In this document: positions 12,326 through 24,060 of the stretch, one piece after another
How positions within the stretch are numbered: position 1 is the first letter of the stretch
Layout of the letters: each line of letters opens with the position of its first letter
From: Catajapyx aquilonaris
Taxonomy: Eukaryota
NCBI GenBank assembly: GCA_000934665.2
Contig: JYFJ02003573.1
Span: 1 to 39,985, forward strand
DNA length: 39,985 nucleotides
Direction: 5' to 3'
Made by a program: the position numbers and the translations under genes
Notes under the pieces: model-generated
What the model saw: only the letters and a program-made list of their open reading frames with translations
The model's database searches: none
What the model was told of the DNA's origin: nothing

Positions 12326-15300
12326 ATCACACACAAAATACGGGATTCAAATTTGCAAAAACGACAGCACATTATGGATATTGCAAGTAGCTCTTCATCT
12401 AACTGGAGTGATCCCGCTCTCATCTGCACAAGTGAAATAAAATCTCCGGCTTGTACAAGCTTGTAATCATCCAGAGAGGCATGAAAGTACTGTAACAAAG
12501 CAGATAGTTTCACCATCATGCATGAGCCTTTACACCCTATCAGTTAATTACGGACTACGTTGTTACTCTGCATTTGTTTTGAAATATCAGGTCCCTGCGC
12601 ACGCATTATTCTCCACTAACAAATGAATGTACGTACACACAGTCTGTTGAAAAACCCAGAAAAGGGCTTTTGATAACCCTACGAAAGGAATGCAACGCTC
12701 CCTTTGAATCCTCCCATTTCAGTCGCGCCGTAACACGCCCAACTCGAATGATTGTACACCAAAAACGCGAGAGAGAAAAATACAACCCCTGTTAGCTGGC
12801 TAATCCTACTGGGCCTGTCATGCGGGTTGCATACCCCTAGATGGCCATCCTCCCAGAAACAAATGGCGCCCTTTCCTTCTCCCCTATAGCTCCAGGGCCC
12901 TCCCCCACCGTGTGTACGTGTGTTTTGAGGGGAGGGCTGGGTAGGTTGAGCCAGCCTAGCAGAAGCAAAAGCAGGCCCCAGAAAAGCCCAGGGGCCTGGA
13001 AGCAGAGGCAAGCAAGCAGCAGCAAAAACCAAGGAGCCCAAATATTGACTCGGGCTGTTATCGGAGCGGGCAGCAGGAGGCAGTCCGGGGCCTCGGGGCT
13101 GCGCTCGCCGCTCCTCATTTGTTATCGCTGCTTCTCAGCTCCCAGGGCTCGCAGGTCTACTTGTTCAAGAAACTGCCCTTGCAAGAGGGAGTCTTACAAA
13201 AAAATATAAAGCGAGGAGGGGGTATGCCACCTGCTGAGTTGCAACAACCCCATAGATTTTTTCTCTTTTTTTCCTTAGAGTGAGACAAAGTCGACCGAAT
13301 TAAAATGAAGGGGTCGTAAATAGGGAGAAGAGGAGGTACGTGAAAGATGGTTACTACCATCGTTTATACTTATTTGGAAAGGACATGAGAAATCAGGTGG
13401 TACTTGCGAGGTCTTTTTCACATTTTAAAGGTTTTATGGGACTCCTTTGGGTATTAAATCCCCAATCGATTTTGTAGTAAGTCTTCAGCGGCAGTATTGC
13501 TCGCAGGAGCATTAGTAATCTGTTTGACCTACCAGAGCTACGTGCATCAAAGTTGTCTAAAGGTGTATGGATTTTTTGGGAAAATCCATAACGGTTGCGG
13601 GAATTATACACTTGTTGCAAATTTATATTTCGCTACTCATGGCCAATATGGTTCTTTATAAGCAGGGTGCACCATCAAATTGTCACCTATTTGTAACTTC
13701 TTTTCAATGCCTTTATAAACTTAGATATTTAGATGGTTATGTTCTTTCACGGTGGCTGCTTCTTTCAGCACTCGAATCAAAATCCTAATGATTACAAATA
13801 TTGTTTTGAGTACTCTTGAATCACTTGGTTCTGTTTTAAAATTTGTGTGAAAATAATGTATACTTCTAAGACCAATATGTACTGATAAAATTGAGTTTGA
13901 TTCACATCGAACCCGCATATTTCCGTCTTCAGATATGGTATGTGTACGTAAAGGTCAACCATTTTGGCCACCCACACCAACAAGACAGATCTCACGCCCC
14001 TCAGGGCGAAAAATAAACAGGTCAAATATGATGTAGCGCGATTTCTTACCATCAGATTCAGTGTATATCGTCAGTCTGTGGAAAAGCAGTGCAGGATGCC
14101 CATATTACCAGCATAATGTGCTGCGTGCTATGGGCTCAAATTTTCATTATAATTTCACAAGATTCGGGGCATCAAAATCTTCGAAAAATTAAATTTTCCC
14201 TGACTGAAGGTTTCAAGTTACAATATTCTATATAACGTAGACAAATTCCATTATTCAAAATGAATAAGGCGTAAGCAAAAGTTATGTAATATTTGTGAAA
14301 CTCCCTTGGTGTAATATTATATTGCTCCCCCATAATTTTATACAAGTCTAGGGAATATAAACACCACATATGCAAAACGGGGCAAAAATATTTTCCCCAT
14401 TAGATCAGGAAAAAATGGTGCGACATTGGTCGACCTTTTTCTCTCCTCAAATTCTTCTCGAAGTATGATAGGAACGCTTTATACCGTACACTCTGCTGTA
14501 CATAAACACAAGAAAATGTTCACTCTTCCCCATTTATATCATGTAATCATTCCAAACAACAACCTTATTTACTATAGGCATACCATCCTGGTAGTTGTAA
14601 CCCGTAGGTCACAATTCCTAGAGGAAGTGCAGCTGATAACGAATATGGTAGGTAATCATACAGTATTTGCCGTAGGTCAGCACATTACTTCTTTCAGATC
14701 CTCCTTGGCAACGTGCCCATCGTTCAACTTGCATAGAAATACATGCTTGAACACCAGGGTTGAACACTTGACTGAATGCAAGAGGGGTGTAAAACTGGTT
14801 GGGTGGTCTGCGTCAACCAAAACGTGATCGCAGACTTGAAAGAAATCTGCATAAGAAGGAGAGAAGCTAATGCTATTCACTGGCGAGAAACGACGTCCAC
14901 TTCATTCATGTCCGATTAAATAATGCTGTCCCCCCTGCATATGCCAGCAATGATAGCTTACTTTGAGCTACCTACAGGAAAAAAGACACTTGTTTTTTAT
15001 CAATATATTTCCAGCTGTGCTTTCTAGAATAGAGAACGTGAAATTATGCCGCAGTTTGCACCGATATTGACTTAAACTGGATTTGTTCTACATACACTAA
15101 GTCGCCAAGGGCTAAAAGTTGGGTAAGCGATATTTTTCATGAGTTGCATATTCCCGCCACGTTATATCGGTGCCATTTGGAGACCATTTCCTCCGTCTAG
15201 AGTTCCTATAAGCGTCGGCGAGCAGAATCCTTCGGAAACAAAAGCGAAGAGGAAAGGAAATCTTTTAAGCTGCCTGGATATTTCTCTGTGGATAGTTGCT

Positions 15301-17343
15301 GGCGGATACGAACCCGAGTCCGTTTTGTCAATTTATTCCGCCGTTTCTGTTCCTAATACGTTGAGCAGCGGATTTTGAAATCGTTACGATTCGCTTATGT
15401 GTGTGCCAGATTAGTCTAAAAAGCGTGGAGCCGGCAGAGAGAGATTGAGTGACCCTCCAATAACGTTTCCGGTCAGGAAGATTGGTTCTGCGGAAATGAA
15501 ATCTGAAGGCGATCCACGCAGGTGGAATAAGGTGATTAGGAAAGAAGCTCAGGTAGTAGAAAATTCATTTCTGCTACCTGCCCTCGACTACTAATTTTAT
15601 TTTCTATTTTTCTCTGGACTTCCAAGTGACAGGAAACGAGTGTCAAGGGGAGGAACTAGGTCGTTTTGTTTCTTACCCAATGCCCGACCCTCTTTCTGAT
15701 TCTGTTTCCGGGGATAACGTCATTTCCTACTTCGGAGCCAAGTTATATTTGTCTCCTTCAGCCAGACGTTCGGGTGGTTGATTCGCAAAATAATTTTTCC
15801 AGTGCTCCTTATAAGGTACTTGGGAAAAAACGCAGGCGCTACAGAAGATTCAAATACTTGACCTTGCTGACTTTTTTCCTGGTTCTGGTATGAAAAGGAG
15901 CTTATTATTGCACATTTTCTTCAATCATGCTGCTTTACGTTACAAAGAAATAAATGAGGCAGCCAGACAGAATTTGTCGTCAATTCTCATGTCGTTGCCC
16001 ATGTTCCGCCCATTAGAGACTCGTTCATTTTGTCTTCTGCAGTGGAGATGACGATGTCTTCGAGGAAGAGATTTAGAAGTTTAAAGATTGTGCGATTGGG
16101 AAGATTTTCTAGATAGTAGGGTGTTTTTTCTTTGCTGAACCTAATTTTAATGAATTAAGGCGTTACATTTCGCAATCCTATGCCTTATAAAATACCAAAT
16201 CACACCACCATTATTTCAATGGTTATATCTTCCTTAATTAATGTAGATTACTAAATTATCTTCCCCGCGTGTCCTTTTTGACTAATTATTTTATTATAAC
16301 AACAAAACACAAAAGGGGTAATTTTTCATACACCGAAAACGCTATGATCATTTCTGAGCACTGTAACTTGCACAAGGATTCGCAAAAGGTTCTCAGTTCA
16401 TTATGAATATCTAAGAAAGAATATCTCTTGTTGATTTTGATGATTAAGACTCCATTACAGTGGTAATTTTATATTATATTTACATCAAGCTGCAACGGAG
16501 ACTATTTTGCATATCAGGCGATACATAAAAAGAAACGTGGATATGTCGGCAGGAATTGTTGTTATTATGCGCGCGACAAAATTAAAATTGGCATGCAATT
16601 ACGGGAAACTCTCCAAACTAATTTGAAGAAATATTTTTAAAAATATAAATGCTCGAGGACCGTATGTCCTGGGGAAGTGTAAATATCTTTCACCACCATA
16701 TTTGAGACAGGAATAACGTCATGCTGAGCCAGTCAATAAGAGGAAATGTGCGCATTCACTCCAAATAACACGTATAGCCTTCAATGGTTTTTCAACATTA
16801 TATGAATACGTTAAAAAGACCATCCAATCTGCATTTCATCTATATAGAATTACGAAATGACACTCGCAGACTCGTTTGCTCCTCACTGGTGTCGATGACA
16901 AGATGCGCGTTGGACAACGTGAAAAGGCCACATCCCACATGACTGTGTCGACTTGACGCATGTGAGACTCGTGCCGGTATGAGAGGTGCTCATAGAATGT
17001 TTTCCGGTTTATGTAAAGGGGAAACAATTTATTTTTGACACAAATAAGCACTTCGTTTATATCTGGTTTTCTTCCTACATAAGTCTCGGGTATTGCAGTT
17101 ATTTTATGTCAGCTTACAAAATGGAGGCGTCATGATTCAACGATCTCGACATAACAAACTTTTAAAAGTTCAATCATAATGTCTGCTGTTATTCTTCTAA
17201 ATTGTCAACTATTCAGGAGATGAACAGCATATATCCACATATTATGTCATGTTAATATGACTTGACACAATGTGGTTCAGAAATGAGCACATATTCGTAT
17301 GTGGAAATATGTATGACTGTCCTGCATCAAGGTGGTATACGTA

Positions 17344-17506
17344 CAGTCTGTTAAAGGAGTATATGTTACCAGACCAGACCTAGAAATTAGCCTCCAACAG
17401 AGGTGCTGCGTCCCCCTGATGCAATAACTCGCACTCCCCTAGACAGTACCTCTGTTGGAGGCTAATTTCTAGGTCTGGTCTGGTAACATACTCCTTTCAC
17501 CGACTG
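17344..17506. mobile_element. Tc1/mariner-type MITE, 163 bp, TA target-site duplication
   Basis: Inverted arms 17344-17408 and 17444-17506 with a 43-bp perfect core, 3 mismatches and one 2-nt (TA) indel; 35-nt spacer. Begins CAGTC, ends GACTG, flanked by TA at 17342-17343 and 17507-17508. Confidence 0.85.
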
Positions 17507-17819
17507 TACACCTGTTCCGGAATGTACCCGCCAAGTACAAGCTGGGCAGGTGAACAGAAGGCGCATTCACATAAAGTTATCACTCATTTGCAGTCAGGGG
17601 AACCAACGTGCCGTAGAGACTTACACGCCATATCCAAAGATATGGATGTGAGCTCAGTTTTGAACACCGGATGTTACCGCAACTATCAATATTATAAATG
17701 CAGAAATACCTGATGGAAGTCGATCATTTGACACGCTGAGACATTTGGTTCGGTGGGAATGTCCTCTTTTTGGTTATTATAAATCATTTTCTCCACGCAA
17801 TTGCCAATATTTGTGATAA

Positions 17820-17870
17820 CAGTAGAGTCTCGCTTATCAGGGCTTCATATGATCTGGATATCTACACGAT
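17820..17870 (+). mobile_element. Possible pogo/Tigger-like terminal fragment
   Basis: CAGTAGAGTCTCGCTTATC (17820-17838) resembles pogo-type TIR starts; similar degenerate TTATCTGG/TCATCCG motifs occur near 18105-18135. No partner TIR found. Confidence 0.3.
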
Positions 17871-20800
17871 GTTATTTACCTAAGGTACCAATATTTATAA
17901 GGATTTGCTGCGCGTCCAGTCACATGCTGCGAATTTTCCCCGTCACTGCCACAGGTGTCTTTTTCAGTTTTTTGTCATTGAGTCACACATTCGTGCATTC
18001 TGTGGACGTAACTACTGTAGATATTCATCAATCTTATTTTTAATTTACACTGCACTTTCGTTTTTTATTACTTTTTTTTTACTCCACCCTGCTTCGCTGC
18101 CGGCTTCCGTATTATCTGGTTTGTCGATCATCCGAACACCTTTCGGTTCCGTTTAGTATGGTTATTTGACGTTCTATGCTGCAGTATATGCCGGTACGGT
18201 TAAATTAGAAGTGAACGTCCACTACTCGTATCTACCCAGATCTTTGCAGTGATTCATGAAAAGTAATACATAAATGCTGGATATATACACCTTCAGCGTG
18301 AACATGCAATGTAGCAACTGAAAACCAAATATTTTGCTCAGATTCATAATTTTATTTTAATATGAAGGAGTTCCTGCAATACTGTACAGGGTGGTTTATA
18401 ATGAGTTGAACAAACTTTTATAGGATGACCCTTCTGGGTCCCAGAAACTCGCTTTATGTCGAGGTGGATCATTTGGTCTTCTCAGCCTCAAAGAGTGCAA
18501 TATAGCATCTATACAGTATATTGCGGATGCAGCTTGCGACATTTTCATCGCCACAGTGATTTCCTACTGCATCAAAGATCTCAGTTTAAATTAAAATTGC
18601 ATGGTAATACCTATATTTAAAATGAAAAAAATCGATGGGCGCAAAAAGGATATTCTATACCTGCTGTGATTGAAGCACGTTATCTCGACGCTGCTGAGTC
18701 CAAATTATTCTGTTGTCCAGGAGTTCACCGTAAAGGTTTGCTGAATCATTATGAAACACGTGCTATTACATAATATTGATTAAATTTGATCAATACGGAA
18801 GAAAAACAAAGCATTAAAATATTTATTTCAACCAGGTACACGAAATATTTCTGAGTTAACTTCAGAAGCGCGTCTCATAAGCCAAGAACCTTGCACATTA
18901 AATTTGCCATAAGTTATACCATAATAATACTACTGGTTATTGGGAAATTATGAAATAGCGATAAAAACATGAGTAAAGCGGGGCACTGTTTATGTTTTCA
19001 GTTATGCTACATATTTGAGTCGATTCCTCTGACAACAGATTTTCACATGATCCACGATTATTTTTTTTACCACTCACTGAACTCGCGTAAAAATAGGCTG
19101 AATTAATCAATTCCAGTAGATATGTGTGCTTCTTACATAATATGTTACTCGCATTTAAATAAGTATTTTATGCTCAAATTTACTGAATTTGTGACGAAAA
19201 TACTCCACTATTACTCACGTGGAAGTAAACCGTTTTTAGGCTATGCCCTGGAAAAAAAACTAGTGCTCTTCACCTGAAGCGTTAATAATTGGTGAAACGG
19301 GATTGGACGAGTTTTTTTTCTATTTTTCTTCAGCCGAAAGCTTTCCGCTAATGAAGCCCATGCCGTTTTAAAACCATACGGCCAAAGCACAATGCGATCC
19401 CAATTTGAAAAATTGACAAACCCATCAGTTGATGAAACTCCCCTTCCACCTCCCTCCTTCTCCCCACCTTTTTTTTCCCACATTTTTCTTTTCTCTCTCC
19501 AAAAAGGGAGTATGATACCCGTAAAATTTCCACGCGCACATTCACAACCGTCTCCCGCAATCATCATTACAAGCTAGCTGCCCTTCTTTTCAGGCCCGCG
19601 GAGGCGCAAAACCTGTCATACAAGGGGACGAGACACAGGGTCACAAAAGAAGTCCATTCAGGTCCCCGCAGAAAATTTACGCTCACATGGACAATATCAT
19701 TTTTTGGGGACAGCGACCTGGTCGGACATGAGAGTGCCGGGGAGGAATCCGGATAGCGATTCCCGCCGACTCCTGAGCGTCTTCCCGCCCTTCCTTTGTT
19801 TCCGGGGCTAAACGTAGCCTTCCGCGCGGCGTCGGCGGCACAAGGTAGGCCTGGCTCATTTCTCTCCATCTTGTTCGCCCTTTTTGCTATGCAACGTGTA
19901 AGGTGAAATCGAATCTCGGCTGGAAAAATAGAAAGGGGCTATAGTTGGTGTGGGGGGGATAGGGCCAAAGGCTAAAAAAGACTTCTTGCAGTGACAGCCG
20001 AGCTCGATTTTTGCATCCAGCGCACGTAAATCAGGGCGAAGGTGTCATTTGATTGCTCCCTTGTCGCTGTTTTTTTTTGCTGTAGAAGTTAACCTGGCCA
20101 TCAAATTGCGTACTTGTTTTATGCTAATTTGACGGTATGGAGATGTTTATTGAAGCGGCATGGTGGTTAGTGAAGGCGAATAAGAAGCAAAGCTTGTTGC
20201 AGATTTTATAAAGGTATCTGATTGTGTGGCTCTGTGCTGTGCTAATTTGAAAATGGTGTAAACAATATTTTGATATCTTAATCAGGATTGTCGCAAAATA
20301 AGTATCGGGAGTTACTGCTTTATAAGGAAAAGCATAATTCTAAGTAAGCGTGCGTAATTTTCACCGATATTTTTGCGTGATATGCTTAACCTACATTACT
20401 TTGCCAATATAATTCATGACGTGTTATAGCAATGACTGAATGAAAACTGTAATATTTATTGCTCTAAAAATGATTTGCGTAGAGTTTTGTTAGTGTTCTT
20501 CAATAGATTGTTGTAATAATATCAATTATAAGTCACACGTAGGGAAAACATAATTACAAGCGATTACGTGCGGGTTTAAAAATTGGCCCTGCTTTGTCAG
20601 AAAAGATCCGATACATTAGACAACAATTTTATATTCAAATTTGCAATATACTGCTCCTCAGCAACGTCTTGAATAATTCCAAGCTATCCCAGACATAAAT
20701 TGTGTTAAATGGCATTTAAATTGTTCAAATGGCGTTTCATATTCCGTAGAAAATATGTCCAAGCAAGTTATAGAGCTATCACACTTAAGCAGACCGGTCC

Positions 20801-23399
20801 TATCGTCTTAACACAACCCCTAGGCTATACTTACTTAAAGGAACGTAAAATAACGACATAACGAATTGAGAGGAGAGCATTCTACAAGTGTTTTAAAATA
20901 ATGCCATCTTTGTGTAAAATTGAGTAATTAAAAGAAGACTTTATTCACCATCCTTGTCGAGACCAGACACAAGCTAGTTGTCTCAGGAAAAGTGCAGAAT
21001 TTCATTAGAGTTTGAAAAAGCACATGGCTGAAAGGGCATAATATCTGACAGAGGCATCTGTTGGGAAAGAACGAACGTAAATTCTTCCCTTGTGATGCAG
21101 GAAGAAGACTGAAGTTACACAACTCGTGTAATGAAGCTCTTGGCTTTTATGAATGGCCACGATGAAAATGACTTCTTATGCATTTCTTCGCCGTCGCAAC
21201 GAGCCGTTCAGTTTAAAATGTTATCGCCCCCACTTTGGGCTCCCAGCTCCTCTCTTCTTTTTATAATGGGGCTTTAAAGAAGAGACAAATATTTGTTCAG
21301 GTCTAATGGGAGTTGCTAGGCGGTCAAGGCCACACAACAGCCGCCAAGATTATTTTCTGTGAGTTGGAAAAAAGAGCATTGCCCTCCAAACTAAAGACAA
21401 CGTGCATTTCTCTCATATTTTCTACAAAAAAAACTGAGGAATCTTGAGTTTTTGCTCTCAAAATATCGCCTTCCGTACGGCACATTCGCAAAGCTCCGCA
21501 TCGGCCATTATAATTTGCAATATATTTGCTATTCCACTTATCTTCAGGTTCTTAGATACAACTTCCAGAAGGTGCACCCCCAATATCTCTGCTGTAAATT
21601 AGGTAAAATAATGTGGCCAATATTATTTATCCCGGATGATATATACAGCCTCACAAAAAAAAATATATTTCAATCAGCTATACAGATTGGACAAAATATT
21701 ACAGAAAGAGGACATCTTCACAGGTAAGTCAAGAGATGTCAAAAAAAAATTGTGTAAAATATCCAACGAATAGGTTATTGGTAGTGAGGCCAAAAGGTGT
21801 AGGCAATGTCGGCGGGGGAGGGCACCGGTATCTCGGGAGGAATTCCGGGGAAGGCCCTCGGGGTGTGAGGCGCACCGCATCGGCGCCAAATTCGGTCCGA
21901 AAATTGCTGAAAATAAGTACCGGTACGAGGTAAATGTGTCCCGCTGGACCAAGCAACAATCCGATATCGAGAATTTGATTTGCATTTGGATTTATAAGTT
22001 TAGGGGATGTTATCAAACGGGTTTTCCTTAGCGTACGGCTTTATTTTGGTTCCTGAAAATGTTCGGATTTTTTGGGTTGTGTACCTGTATAGCCAAGAAT
22101 GTATAATATCGGAACAGGTTGCAACATTATACGTGCGATTAAATCACAGTTCATTAACGACAATATTTTGGTAATTGTCCTAATCACAAGGCACGGTACG
22201 TAATAATTACAGATTGAGAACACTATTAGCTAATATACTGGCAAATATCATTAAAGTTGGTATCCCATGTAACTTAGAAGCAGATTATAAAATGTTTACA
22301 GCGGTTTTCTTATCGCTCTTATAGTGATTGCATGTATGCAATAGAGTGCTTTATGTGCCAAACAATTTGCATCAAACATAGTCGGCATATCCTCATATTC
22401 GGCATATTGTTTTTCACCAAAAATATATATGCATAGTATATTTATTTCGTGTAATATAGAAATGTTTGGTCACACGTGTGACTCTTTTTTACTGAATACA
22501 TTCAATTGCATGGACTAATCCTACAGATGATTGAATTCTGAGTGCACCAAAAATTTAGTCTTGGTGTCTCAATCTGTACAAAAATGTTTTATCAAATCCA
22601 GAGAGCTCATCGTTATAATCTGATTGCATTTTAAAGAAATTTCAGTTTAATAAAGTGCGGAGCACACTTTACTCTGTACATGTAATACAACTCGGCAGAC
22701 AAATTTGAAAAATTGTAGGTTTTATCGTAATCAAATGATGCGGTAATGTTCCGGATTAAATAATATTAATTTTACCAGATATCAGTATCAAATTTGTAGA
22801 CTACTTGCAATACCTTGGGATAGGATGAACCATATCTTATTCGGCAGAGATAGGTTTGCGTTTTGTCATGTGCACACACTACTGATGGAGAATTTATAGT
22901 TGCGCAGTGGTAAGAATTTACCTGCCGACAGAAATGTCCTGTGCTTAATAGCAATGACGACCTGACGGTATTACTAGTAAATAAGCAACAATAATAATAA
23001 TTATTATAGTTAGATTATAGTTAGAAAAAAAATCATGAAGCAAGCATCTCTATAATGTGCAATAATTATTACGCATAAGTTATCGCGCAACAATATTCCT
23101 CGAGACATTGTCAAATCATCCCTATTGGTATATGGCCTTTTTCCCAATAATTTTATTGCAGTTGACAATGGGCCACGGCAGTTACGAGATTAAACAGCTC
23201 GTTTCGATGTCATTTGAAGTATTTTTAACGATTTAAGTGTGCCACTATGGATTAAGACTGAAAATCTGGTGCCCCACAACGTTCGCATTTATGATTCTTA
23301 ATCATCAATACTTTTACATTTGACTATTTACTCCGCCTCACAATACTTCATAAACACGGTCCCTTCACATAAATCACAACTGCAAAACTCGAGTGTCAC

Positions 23400-24060
23400 G
23401 ACACTCGAGATTCTGGCACCAAATCGCATTAAGGGAAACAGCCGCAATCCCATTTTGTAGGCCCCGGTCCGCCATTTTGTGTACACACCCCCAGAAATGT
23501 TTACATACCGGCTGCGAGGAGATCCGCAAACCCCTTTGATCACATATGGACCACTGTCACACTGCCCAATCATTTCGGGGACTGGTGGGCGAAATAAACC
23601 TAGGAGGACCCATGGGCCCCAGAAGAGGAGTCGCTGACAAGCTGGTTGGCGGGGGGTGGGTGCCCTCCAAAATGCAGCACCCGGTCGGGTAGGTTGCCTC
23701 GTGTAGGACCGGTCCATCATCCCCCATCCCCCCTTTAACTAAAAAGGGGTGACCACTCGGAAAGAAGAGTCAGCAAGGGAGGTGATGGTCATTTCCCCCC
23801 TTCAGGTCAGTCTCTATCAGAGAAGGGGAAGTGGTCAGGGGGTCAGCACACGAGTCGAGGTGTTTTCTTTCACTCGCGTGCCTCGGGGAAGGTCCGGGGT
23901 GGTCAGTCTAGATAGGGTGAAAGGAGTGGTCAGCAGGGGACCCTCTTTCAGAAGGGGTTGTAAGGTGTAAGAAGTATGGCCAGCGCGCGACTCAGTTTTC
24001 TAGCTCTTTTTTTTTTATATGGAAGAGTCACTGGGGATTAGAGGATATTCAAAGGTCACA
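23400..24060. promoter_or_regulatory. Candidate cis-regulatory module (GGTCA cluster, TCF site, YY1 site)
   Basis: CCGCCATTTT (23469-23478), CCTTTGATC (23533-23541) next to CATATG, and eight GGTCA/TGACC between 23750 and 24058, all in a GC-rich island. Confidence 0.4.
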
